From the NCBI GenBank assembly GCA_963716175.1, contig OY970296.1:3488001-3552000 (forward strand): a stretch of 64,000 bases of DNA. Direction: 5' to 3'. The DNA is from an uncultured Armatimonadetes bacterium (lineage in GTDB: Bacteria > Armatimonadota > Hebobacteria > Hebobacterales > Hebobacteraceae). Positions 18,954 through 26,829 of the stretch are shown piece by piece. Each line of letters begins with the position of its first letter. Positions within the stretch are counted from its first letter, which is position 1. A model generated the notes under the pieces. It was given only the letters and a program-made list of their open reading frames with translations. It had not been told where the DNA came from and searched no databases. The translations under genes were made by a program, and so were the position numbers.

Positions 18954-18979
18954 CGGGGCAAAGGGCCGCGGCAAGTCGT

Positions 18980-19008
18980 TGGACAGCGCGGGATTCATGT
19001 GGTATACT
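18980..19008 (+). promoter_or_regulatory. sigma70-type promoter with extended -10
   Basis: TGGACA-N17-TATACT preceded by TGG. Confidence 0.65.
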
Positions 19009-19013
19009 CCCTT

Positions 19014-19320
19014 GCGCTTGATTCCGGCGGCATAGGCTGATCGGCGCAGATAGACAACCTGGCGGCCCGGGTGCCGTGTAGCGGGGCATATGACAGCTCC
19101 GTGTCGACTCATCCGGGTGATCGGCTCCAGTAGGGCCGGGCGGGAAGCACTGGGAACGTCTCCCTTGTGGAGGGGCGCAGTGCAATCCGCCGGTCCAAAA
19201 CCGAATAGATGCGCAGCGCCTTGGGCACTGGCCTCCGTACCACAAAGGACTAAGGCCTCAGACCCGCGGTCAAAGGATGAAAGCTGCCATGACCCCATTG
19301 GGGTTATGGCAGCTTTTGCG
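19014..19320 (+). ncRNA. candidate structured leader or ncRNA ending in a terminator hairpin
   Basis: Lies between the promoter and the first RBS; several nested stems; 17-bp hairpin AAAGCTGCCATGACCCC-ATT-GGGGTTATGGCAGCTTT. Confidence 0.5.
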
Positions 19321-19338
19321 TTTACAGGAGATCATCCG

Positions 19339-19995
19339 ATGAGCAAAGCTACCAAGAAGCAAGGCACGCACGGCAGCGAGATCGACCAGCTTCAGACCGA
19401 GATCGCCCGCCTCAGCGCCCGCGTCGAAGAAGTGGGTGAGAAGGAGTCCGCGGCCGCGGCCGAGGAGCAACGGCTATCAGGTGCGCTCGGCGCATTGATC
19501 GGCCAGGCCAGGTCGCCCACTGAGATTGGAAAGACCCGGCGGCGGCTCCGGCAGATCGACGAGCAGCGCGCGGATCTGCGCGCTGGGCGGCAGTGGTTGT
19601 TGAGCTCATTGAGCGAAGCGGAGGCCCGCCTCGCCGCGGCGCGGAGGGAGAAGGGACTCCACCTCCTGGAGCGGGATGTGACGGAGCTTCGGAGCCTGGT
19701 GAAGAAACTCGTCGCGCTCGAGGCCGAGTCGGCCAGTACAGGGCAATTGCTGGTGGTTGCCTATGGATCTCTACTCACCCACGCGCGAGAGCTTCGCCAC
19801 GCGACGCCAGGAGGGGGCCTCGTTGACGTGCCGGATCTCGACGACGTGTTGTGGGGAGCCCTTACCAGCGGAGGGCCCGGCGGCAGTGACCACCGTGGAG
19901 CGCTCACGCTGGCGGCCGTCGCCTCCCGAAATGCGCATGCCGAGCTGCGACACTTGTTGGCGATAACCGTCCAAAGTCGGGGGAACGCCGAATGA
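19339..19995 (+). CDS. coiled-coil hypothetical protein
   Basis: AGGAG RBS; heptad-rich helical sequence; ATGA coupling to the next gene. Confidence 0.7.
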   Translation: MSKATKKQGTHGSEIDQLQTEIARLSARVEEVGEKESAAAAEEQRLSGALGALIGQARSPTEIGKTRRRLRQIDEQRADLRAGRQWLLSSLSEAEARLAAARREKGLHLLERDVTELRSLVKKLVALEAESASTGQLLVVAYGSLLTHARELRHATPGGGLVDVPDLDDVLWGALTSGGPGGSDHRGALTLAAVASRNAHAELRHLLAITVQSRGNAE

Positions 19996-20693
19996 TCGCC
20001 TCCCGGGAGACAGCCGTGGCCAGCCCAGCGCCCGGCGGGCCCGAGAAATCCGCCGGCGAATCCAGCCCGGGATCCGCCCTCCCCGGCGGCGGATCGAGCC
20101 GGCCCGACTCTCTCAGCCCAGAGGAGGCTGCGCTCTTCGAGCTCATCGTTGGTCGCCTGGACAATCCGGAACTTGTTGACTCTCCCTTCGGTAGGGCCGT
20201 GCTAGTTTACCTCTGCCTGCGGCGCAGGGCGCCGGGCCTACAATTACTCCCTATTCTGCGGTGGCCGGCCGATTTGCTCTCCTCCTGCACTACCTCTCGC
20301 TTCCTTCATTCGGCCGTGCCTGACCTGGTTCCCGCTCCCCCGCCAGAGGAAGAGGATCTCGACCGTCCAAACGTCTGGCCCCCGCTGGCGCCCTCAGCCG
20401 GTACGATCGTCATCGGCCTGGAAACTTTTCACTGGCAAACCCCTTCCCTGGGCGAACTTGAAGGTTGCGAGAACTCTGTCGGCAGCCTTCATGATGGCCG
20501 CGTGCGGAGCTCGGCAAAGGCGTGTATCCGCCTCGCTGTTCTGTTCCTTCGCGCAAAGCATCCTGAGGTGACCGCCGAAATTGTCGGCGGCTTTGCCGCC
20601 AATGCCTGGGGGCCGCTCACCGATATGTTTAAGCGAGCTCTTCCTCATCTTTGGGCCGAGGGTACAGACCAGAAGGAGGGGATCCATGCTTAA
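19992..20693 (+). CDS. protein with two tail-assembly-chaperone-like repeats
   Basis: Two segments align by eye to the products of 20686 and 21133. Confidence 0.55.
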   Translation: MIASRETAVASPAPGGPEKSAGESSPGSALPGGGSSRPDSLSPEEAALFELIVGRLDNPELVDSPFGRAVLVYLCLRRRAPGLQLLPILRWPADLLSSCTTSRFLHSAVPDLVPAPPPEEEDLDRPNVWPPLAPSAGTIVIGLETFHWQTPSLGELEGCENSVGSLHDGRVRSSAKACIRLAVLFLRAKHPEVTAEIVGGFAANAWGPLTDMFKRALPHLWAEGTDQKEGIHA

Positions 20694-21090
20694 GGACGAC
20701 TTCACCGTCATGGGAACAGACTACCTCTGGAGCCCGCCGACAGCAGCGGATCTGGCTGAGTGGGAGCGTGAGATCGGTCAGCGGCCGCTGACCGACCAGA
20801 CCGCCCTGCGTTCGGTTCACGGGAGGGGCTATTTGCTGTGGCTGCTTTTCCGGCGGGATCAACCTGATCTCACCCTCGATCGGGTTCTGGCCTGGGGCCC
20901 GAACGTCATCGCCTCCCCGAACATCTCTCGCCTCCTCAACAAAGCGTGCCCGCAGCTCGGGATCGAGGAGGTCAAGGCGGACCCCCGACACATGTATGGC
21001 AGACAGACGACCAACCGCCAGAAAGGTCTCGCAACGAACCGGTCCTCCGGAGTCGAGCGTCTCCTGGACATCGAGGGGCCAGCCCGATGA
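20686..21090 (+). CDS. tail-assembly-chaperone-like paralogue
   Basis: AAGGAGG RBS; YLWSPPTAADLAEWE..SVHGRGYLLW..QPDLTL. Confidence 0.6.
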   Translation: MLKDDFTVMGTDYLWSPPTAADLAEWEREIGQRPLTDQTALRSVHGRGYLLWLLFRRDQPDLTLDRVLAWGPNVIASPNISRLLNKACPQLGIEEVKADPRHMYGRQTTNRQKGLATNRSSGVERLLDIEGPAR

Positions 21091-21132
21091 ATCGTGCGAT
21101 CGACGGTCTCTGCTGAGAAAGGATCACAAGTC

Positions 21133-21519
21133 ATGCCTTCAACCGGCACCATCGAAGTCGATGGCCACACCTATACCTGGCTCTCGCCCACGCTTGGGGA
21201 CTTGGAGCGGTTCGAGGCTACCATCGGGCCAATCTCCGACTCCGCTGCCATAAACAGCGTCAAGGGCCGCATTTGGCTCTGCTGGGCCTGCCTCAGAGAG
21301 AGCCAGCCGGACCTAACCTTGAAGCAGATCGGCGAGTGGCCAGCGGATGCCTGGAACGCCATCTGGGCCACGATCCAGCAGGCAATTCCGCTGTGGGGCC
21401 CCGCCAGCGGCGAGGACGAGAAGAAGAAGGAGAAGACCTCGGCCTCGCCCGACACCTCTGCCTCGCCTGCGCCCGACTCTGGGGGTGGCCCCCTTCCGTC
21501 ACCCGTCGGGAGCGGGTAG
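21133..21519 (+). CDS. tail assembly chaperone-like protein (gpG-like), with probable -1 extension to 21635
   Basis: Directly upstream of the tape measure gene; IEVDGHTY..PTLGDLERFE; the -1 frame encodes ARLWGWPPS..RVGDLLDLL. Confidence 0.65.
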   Translation: MPSTGTIEVDGHTYTWLSPTLGDLERFEATIGPISDSAAINSVKGRIWLCWACLRESQPDLTLKQIGEWPADAWNAIWATIQQAIPLWGPASGEDEKKKEKTSASPDTSASPAPDSGGGPLPSPVGSG

Positions 21520-21555
21520 GCGATCTTCTCGACCTGCTCAGGGACTTAGAGAGCG

Positions 21556-23070
21556 ATGCCACAGACAGAGAAGCTCGAAATCCTAGTCCAGGCCCGCGAC
21601 CAGGCCAGCGCCGTCCTCAAGGGCGTCGCCGGTAACCTGCGCGGCGAGCTCAAAGCCGTCGAAGGCGCGAGTGCCGGTCTCGCCAGCACCAGCAGCCGCA
21701 TGGCCGGCACCACGGTCGCGGGATTCGGGCAGATGCGGGGCTCCGCCAAGGGGTTCACCTCCCAGCTCAATGCCACCAGGCTGGTGATGGCTGGTGTCGC
21801 CGTAGCCGCCGTCGGGATGGCCACCAAGTTCATTGAGAAGGCCGCCGAGGCCGAAGCCGTCGCCACCAAGCTCCGCGTCGCCATCGCCGCCAGCGGCCAG
21901 GGCATCAACCAGAAGGCGCTCGAGGAACTGGCCACCCATCTTGGGGAGGTGACTACCTTTAGCAAGGAAGCCGTCGAGGGTATGGAAGCGTTCCTTGTTG
22001 GCGCCCATCTGAATCAGGAACAGATCGAACGCCTCAGTCCGGCCATTATTGACATGGCTACCTACCTCGGCACCGACCTCACCTCTGCGGCCAAGGCCAT
22101 CGGCATGGCCCTCAAGAGAAACTCCACCATGCCCCTCATGCGCCTGAAGTTGGCGGTTGATAAGGCGAAGTTCGCGCTCGATCCGCTCGGCGCCATCCTC
22201 GATGCCATCAAAGGCAAGGCCGGCAACCTGGGTGAAGCCGCCGGCAGGGACGCTGGCGGCCAACTGGCCATCTTCACACACCAGGTGGAGCAACTCGAGA
22301 TCGCTCTCGGCACTATGCTCCTGCCGACACTCAAGCTCGTGGTTCCACTCATGAAAGACCTAGCCAAGGCCGCGACCGCGATCGCCCAGGTCCCGGGTGT
22401 CAGCCAGGTGGTGTCAGGCGGCATGCTTCTTGCTGGGGGCCTCGCGGTTGCCGGCCTGGTTGGTGGGCCCCTCGCAAAGGGGGCCAAAGGAGCGGCGGCA
22501 GTGGGCAAGTGGGCCCTTACCAGGGCGGGAGTCCTGGAGGCCGCCGCCCCCGTCGCCGAGGGCGTCGCCGAGGGCGCCGCCGTTGGCTTCGGCGCACGCG
22601 CGCTGGGGCTACTCGGCGGCCCGATCGGAGCGACCGCGGTCGTCGCCGGCACTGCCGCTACCATCGCCGGCCCGCCGCTCGCCCGCTGGAGGGAAGCCAG
22701 GCAGGAAGATGCCATCACTGCCCGCGCCCGGGCCTTCGTCGCCCGCAGGCGCGCTGCCGGCCTGCTAATCCCGGGCGAACCCTTCACCGGCCCGCCTCTC
22801 CAGGAGCCCGCCCGCGTGGCCCCTCCCACCGGCCCCGAGCCCACCCCCCAACAGCAATACGAATCCTTCCTCAGGGGCCAGGGCTGGGTGCTGCCCGCCC
22901 CCGCGCCCGCACCGGCGAAGATCACCAACACCGCCCCCAATGTCGCCGTCTCCCAGGCCGCCAACAACGACCTCCTCATCCGCGTCCAGATGCCCGAAGT
23001 CCCCCAGGGCCTGGTGGACGATTACACCAACGAATACCTCGAAGATGTTTCCTATGCCGAGGAGGAGTAA
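21556..23070 (+). CDS. short phage tape-measure-like protein (504 aa)
   Basis: N-terminal LEILVQARDQAS typical of tape measure proteins; Ala/Gly-rich helical body; IIDMATYLGTDLTSAAKAIGMAL and EQLEIALGTMLLP segments. Confidence 0.8.
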   Translation: MPQTEKLEILVQARDQASAVLKGVAGNLRGELKAVEGASAGLASTSSRMAGTTVAGFGQMRGSAKGFTSQLNATRLVMAGVAVAAVGMATKFIEKAAEAEAVATKLRVAIAASGQGINQKALEELATHLGEVTTFSKEAVEGMEAFLVGAHLNQEQIERLSPAIIDMATYLGTDLTSAAKAIGMALKRNSTMPLMRLKLAVDKAKFALDPLGAILDAIKGKAGNLGEAAGRDAGGQLAIFTHQVEQLEIALGTMLLPTLKLVVPLMKDLAKAATAIAQVPGVSQVVSGGMLLAGGLAVAGLVGGPLAKGAKGAAAVGKWALTRAGVLEAAAPVAEGVAEGAAVGFGARALGLLGGPIGATAVVAGTAATIAGPPLARWREARQEDAITARARAFVARRRAAGLLIPGEPFTGPPLQEPARVAPPTGPEPTPQQQYESFLRGQGWVLPAPAPAPAKITNTAPNVAVSQAANNDLLIRVQMPEVPQGLVDDYTNEYLEDVSYAEEE

Positions 23071-23110
23071 CCCTCAATGCCAGCGGCAAGCGGGAGTCGG
23101 GAGAGCCAGA

Positions 23111-23440
23111 ATGACAGAGCAGGTTGCAACGGCAGTCCGGGGAGTGGCGGCAATCAGAGCCTCCGTCGCGGTGAGAGTCAGGCCCGACCTTGTGGCGACA
23201 CTCAGTCCGGAGGTGGCCGCGAGGCTGTTCGGCCTTGGCGATGAGGAGAAGCCCCACGAGTATCTGACCGTCAACGAAGCGGCGGAAATGCTCCGCGTCG
23301 TGCCCCAGACCGTCCACCATATGATCCGTGATGGCCGCCTCCGGGCCCAACGCGTGTGCGACAAGCGCGTCCTCATTAAGCGCGAGGAGGTGTTGCGCTG
23401 CTTTGAGCCTATTGAGCCGCAGAGGTACGAGCTCGACTGA
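23111..23440 (+). CDS. excisionase-family (HTH_17) DNA-binding protein
   Basis: YLTVNEAAEMLRVVPQTVHHMIRDGRLRAQRV. Confidence 0.85.
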   Translation: MTEQVATAVRGVAAIRASVAVRVRPDLVATLSPEVAARLFGLGDEEKPHEYLTVNEAAEMLRVVPQTVHHMIRDGRLRAQRVCDKRVLIKREEVLRCFEPIEPQRYELD

Positions 23441-23444
23441 GGGA

Positions 23445-24224
23445 ATGACGGCTTCCATGGCAACGTCCACCGCAACATCGAAGAGCCCCCGGCCCCAGAT
23501 CGGTCTGCTCGAGTCCACCCCGAAGCAGGTGCTCCCGATCGGGGTGCGTGCTATCGGCCGGTCAGGCGTCCTCGAGCTGATGAGGATTGGCGGCGGACTC
23601 TCCTACAAAGAGGTCGGCAAGCGGGCCGGTATGCCACCCGTCAAAGCCATGCGCCTGATCCGCGGCCAGTACCTTAAGGCTCGCCACCGGGATCTCCGGC
23701 GGATCCTCGATGTCCTCTGGGCCGCGCTTCCGGCCATCCAGCAACCGGGTCCGCTGCAGGTAATCGAGGAGGCAGAGCGTCGCTTCGCCCTCCCGCGCAC
23801 CGCGAGGCCCATGTATCTTACCCTCGATGAGGCCGCCGACCTGCTCAAGGTGAACCGGGCGAAGATGCGCCGGCTCGCCAGCGACCGCCCCGAACTTCAC
23901 GCCATCAGGGTCGGGTGGGGCGTCAGGATTCCCCGCCAGGCGATAGAAGAGTATATCCTCGCCCCGCGCCGGGCCGCGGCCTCCTCGAAGTTCATGTCGC
24001 CGGCGGCTGTGGCCGCCCTGTTCCGAGTGCATGAAGATGTGATCGGGTATGCCATCCGCACTGGCCGCATCCGCGCCCAGCAGTCAACGAAACAGAAGTG
24101 GGGCCGCTGGCGCATTCCCATGGCCGAGGTCAGGCGCATCGCCCGCTTCGGAGTCACCAATCTGCCCCGGCTCAAAAGCTGGGGGCCCACACACAGAGAC
24201 CATGATCGCCGCCCTACTGCGTAG
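23445..24224 (+). CDS. multi-HTH protein (XRE-like plus two HTH_17 domains)
   Basis: GLSYKEVGKRAGM; YLTLDEAADLLKV..IRVG..VRIP; FMSPAAVAALFRV..IRTGRIRA..WRIP. Confidence 0.75.
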   Translation: MTASMATSTATSKSPRPQIGLLESTPKQVLPIGVRAIGRSGVLELMRIGGGLSYKEVGKRAGMPPVKAMRLIRGQYLKARHRDLRRILDVLWAALPAIQQPGPLQVIEEAERRFALPRTARPMYLTLDEAADLLKVNRAKMRRLASDRPELHAIRVGWGVRIPRQAIEEYILAPRRAAASSKFMSPAAVAALFRVHEDVIGYAIRTGRIRAQQSTKQKWGRWRIPMAEVRRIARFGVTNLPRLKSWGPTHRDHDRRPTA

Positions 24225-24659
24225 TCCTTCATATCTCGAGCGATCTGCCTCGGCCTTCCCATGCCGCGGCTCGGCGGAACCGCCTCTCGGGTTCGGGCGG
24301 AGCCTGGCGTGTCAGCGCCAGGCCGAGGGGTCGGCGGTGTTCCAGCACCGCCGACCCGCGCTCTCATCTGCCTTGATAGGGGTAGGGCGCCTGGCATGCG
24401 GACACCAGGCGCGGGGGCCAGTGGTGCTAGCACACGGCTGGCCCCGGATCTCGCTCACGCAGATTCACCCAGGGCAACGGCGGCTTTCCGCCTTGGCCGC
24501 CGATCTCCAGCCAGGGGCGAGGCCCGCACGCGGCCCGATCCCACCCCTCGCCCCCGGGCTGCCCTCATCCTTCTCTTTCTCGGGCCGGGGCGACTCTGCC
24601 CTCCCAGCTCTCGGCCAAACGACGCTCTACGAGGCCCCAGGAGAAGAGCATTGATCGGG

Positions 24660-25307
24660 ATGCACCCATACCCATCCCCTGCCCCGAACGCCTCTCCTAC
24701 CCCCCATGACACCCCGTCACAGGGGCATTCCCTGCGCGACCTCAAGTTGCAGGCCGGACTCTCCGTGCGCCAGATCGCCGATCGCACCCGGATCCACTAT
24801 CGCCGTGTCGCTCGCGTGCTTTCCGAGAGAGGGCGCCCCCGGCGCCGGGAACTCAGGGTCCTGCGGCAATGCCTGGATAATGAACTCCGCCGCCGGCGCA
24901 GCTCCGATCCCGGCTTCCTGCGCTCTATCCAGGAGGTGGCCGTTCCCTTCCTGCATGCCCGCCTGAGGCCTAGCGGTGACTGCGCTGCGGGTGAGGATCC
25001 CGCTTTGCATCGAGGGAGTTCACTATCTCCCGTCGAAGACGTCGTTGGCGGCGAGGGAATCGCAGCAGGCGGCCCCTGCGCTCGGCGGAATGGGTCCCGT
25101 CAGGCCGCGGGAGCTCCTGCGACACTATTCGGCCGGCGGCGGCTGAGTGGCAAGCGAGCACCTGCGATTCCCTCCCGCCGCTCTCATCCAGGGAATCAGA
25201 TTTCCCCGCTCCTGTGCGAGGCCACCACGGTCTGCCCCACCTCCACCGCGGAGGCGCTCAGGGCCCACGCGCCGGCGCCCGCCCCGGAGAGGAATCCGTC
25301 CGAATGA
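24660..25307 (+). CDS. XRE-family HTH protein with low-complexity tail
   Basis: LRDLKLQAGLSVRQIADRTRIHYRRVARVL; start uncertain. Confidence 0.55.
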   Translation: MHPYPSPAPNASPTPHDTPSQGHSLRDLKLQAGLSVRQIADRTRIHYRRVARVLSERGRPRRRELRVLRQCLDNELRRRRSSDPGFLRSIQEVAVPFLHARLRPSGDCAAGEDPALHRGSSLSPVEDVVGGEGIAAGGPCARRNGSRQAAGAPATLFGRRRLSGKRAPAIPSRRSHPGNQISPLLCEATTVCPTSTAEALRAHAPAPAPERNPSE

Positions 25308-25744
25308 GCGCGAGATCCTCCGCGGCCGCCACAACCACGCTCGCCCTCCCCGCCGCCGTCGCCCGGGGCCTCCTCGATTGGCGCCGGCGCCTGCAGCAGG
25401 TGGAGCTCGCTCGCCGTCTCTTCTCGCCGCAGGCCGACCAATTGCAGCGGGACCTGTGGGGCGAGGTGGCCCATGCCGTGCTCAGTGCTGGCGACGAGGA
25501 GGCGATCGCCCAGCTCCTGCCCGCCGTTGCGCGGCGGCTGCGGATCAGCCCCGCCAGCCTTTCCCGGGTACTGGAGGTGGGCCGGGCCTGGCCCCAGGAG
25601 ATCCCGGAGCGCCCCTGGATCGTTCTCTGCGCCCTCGCCCGCCTGCCCCAGGAAGAGCGAGATCGCCTGGACGCGGCCCTGCCTCTGGACGCGCCCCTGA
25701 GCGCGGTCACTTCGCCGGCACAAAAAGCGGACGGAGACGCTTGA
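25304..25744 (+). CDS. hypothetical protein, DUF1016-N-like
   Basis: ATGA-coupled; LWGE..LPAVARRLRISPASLSRVLEVGRAWP..PWIVLCALARL resembles the 26137 product. Confidence 0.55.
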   Translation: MSARSSAAATTTLALPAAVARGLLDWRRRLQQVELARRLFSPQADQLQRDLWGEVAHAVLSAGDEEAIAQLLPAVARRLRISPASLSRVLEVGRAWPQEIPERPWIVLCALARLPQEERDRLDAALPLDAPLSAVTSPAQKADGDA

Positions 25745-25768
25745 CAGGGCGAGGATATGGTATATAAT
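25741..25768 (+). promoter_or_regulatory. consensus sigma70 promoter of the transposition operon
   Basis: TTGACA-N16-TATAAT. Confidence 0.75.
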
Positions 25769-25799
25769 GCCTGATAATGCCAGATCAGAAGAAGATAGC

Positions 25800-26009
25800 A
25801 TGGCTGAGCGCCTGATCAAGGCTCGTGAGGCGGCCGCCATCCTTGGCGTGAAGCCGCTCACGATCTATAGGTGGGCTGCCCAGGGGAAACTAGCCTCGCT
25901 CCGCGTAGGCCCCGGGGGGAAGATGCTTCGCTTTCGCTATGCTGACATCAGGGCCTTGATCAAGGAGAGCCAGGCCCAGGACAAGCCCGGCGACGAGGGG
26001 GCTGGGTAA
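25800..26009 (+). CDS. excisionase-family (HTH_17) protein
   Basis: LIKAREAAAILGVKPLTIYRWAAQGKLASLRVG..LRF. Confidence 0.85.
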   Translation: MAERLIKAREAAAILGVKPLTIYRWAAQGKLASLRVGPGGKMLRFRYADIRALIKESQAQDKPGDEGAG

Positions 26010-26039
26010 TGGCCGCCCGCACGGAGAGGGCAAAGGTGC

Positions 26040-26136
26040 TGTCAGACGGTCTGACGGGCGCAATAGCGCGCCGAACCTGTGACATTCACCGTGTCAGACG
26101 GTCTGGCACGCGTAATAGCGCCCGAAAGTGTGACAT
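26040..26136. repeat. 52-bp-period tandem repeat related to the transposon end motifs
   Basis: TGTCAGACGGTCTG...AATAGCGC...TGTGACAT twice. Confidence 0.85.
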
Positions 26137-26829
26137 ATGAAGGCCCCCGCCAGGAAGCAGAGCGACAATCCCCAGATCCCGCTCCCCCTGGAGCTGGAGC
26201 GCGCTCTTCCGTCGCTGCGGGAGCGCCTCGCTCAGATTCAGTCCGCCCTCGGGGGCAAGCCGGATTACGCCGCGGTCAACCGCTGGCGCTGGGAGCTCGG
26301 GATCCAGATCTCGGACGCGTTGCGGAGCCATGCCCCGGAGGCCACCATGCGACCCCATGTGCTGGCGCTCGCGCCGCGCCTGGGGTGCAAGGCCTCCCTG
26401 CTTTACGGGTTCGTGAACGTCGCTAGGGCCTTCCCCGATGAGCCTCCGCCCCAGTATTGGGACACCCTCGTGCACCTTGCGGCCATCGAAGATCCGCAGC
26501 GGCGCCAGGAAGCTCTGCGTCGGCTTCCGGATTGGGCGCCAGTCCGCTTGTCCAGGCCCACCCGGGAAGAGGTCGAGTCCGAGAAGATGCTGCGAGAGAT
26601 CAAGCTCAGCGCCCAGCACGAGCTCGACGCGGCCCGCCATTTTGTCCACAAGCTTCCTTCCACACAGCAGCTCTTCGTCGCCCAGGAGATACTGGAAGGC
26701 TTCGACGAAAAGGCCGTCGCCGAACTCACCGACCCACCGCTCCAGATAGCTGAGATCTGCAAGGCCACCGAGAGGCTGAGAACGCTCCTGACCTGTGCCG
26801 CCGCAGGCCCCAATGAACCACCAACCTGA
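26137..26829 (+). CDS. DUF1016 N-terminal-like protein
   Basis: AVNRWRWELGIQI, FVNVARAFP, WDTLVHLAAIEDPQRR. Confidence 0.6.
   Translation: MKAPARKQSDNPQIPLPLELERALPSLRERLAQIQSALGGKPDYAAVNRWRWELGIQISDALRSHAPEATMRPHVLALAPRLGCKASLLYGFVNVARAFPDEPPPQYWDTLVHLAAIEDPQRRQEALRRLPDWAPVRLSRPTREEVESEKMLREIKLSAQHELDAARHFVHKLPSTQQLFVAQEILEGFDEKAVAELTDPPLQIAEICKATERLRTLLTCAAAGPNEPPT

Noticed and set aside
19130-19200. Cobalamin riboswitch (GGGAA and GCACTGGGAA resemblance)
   Set aside because: Conserved elements are not in the canonical order and the downstream genes are unrelated to B12
26040-26136. Mini CRISPR array
   Set aside because: Only two units, similar along their whole length, with no unique spacer; they match transposon end motifs instead
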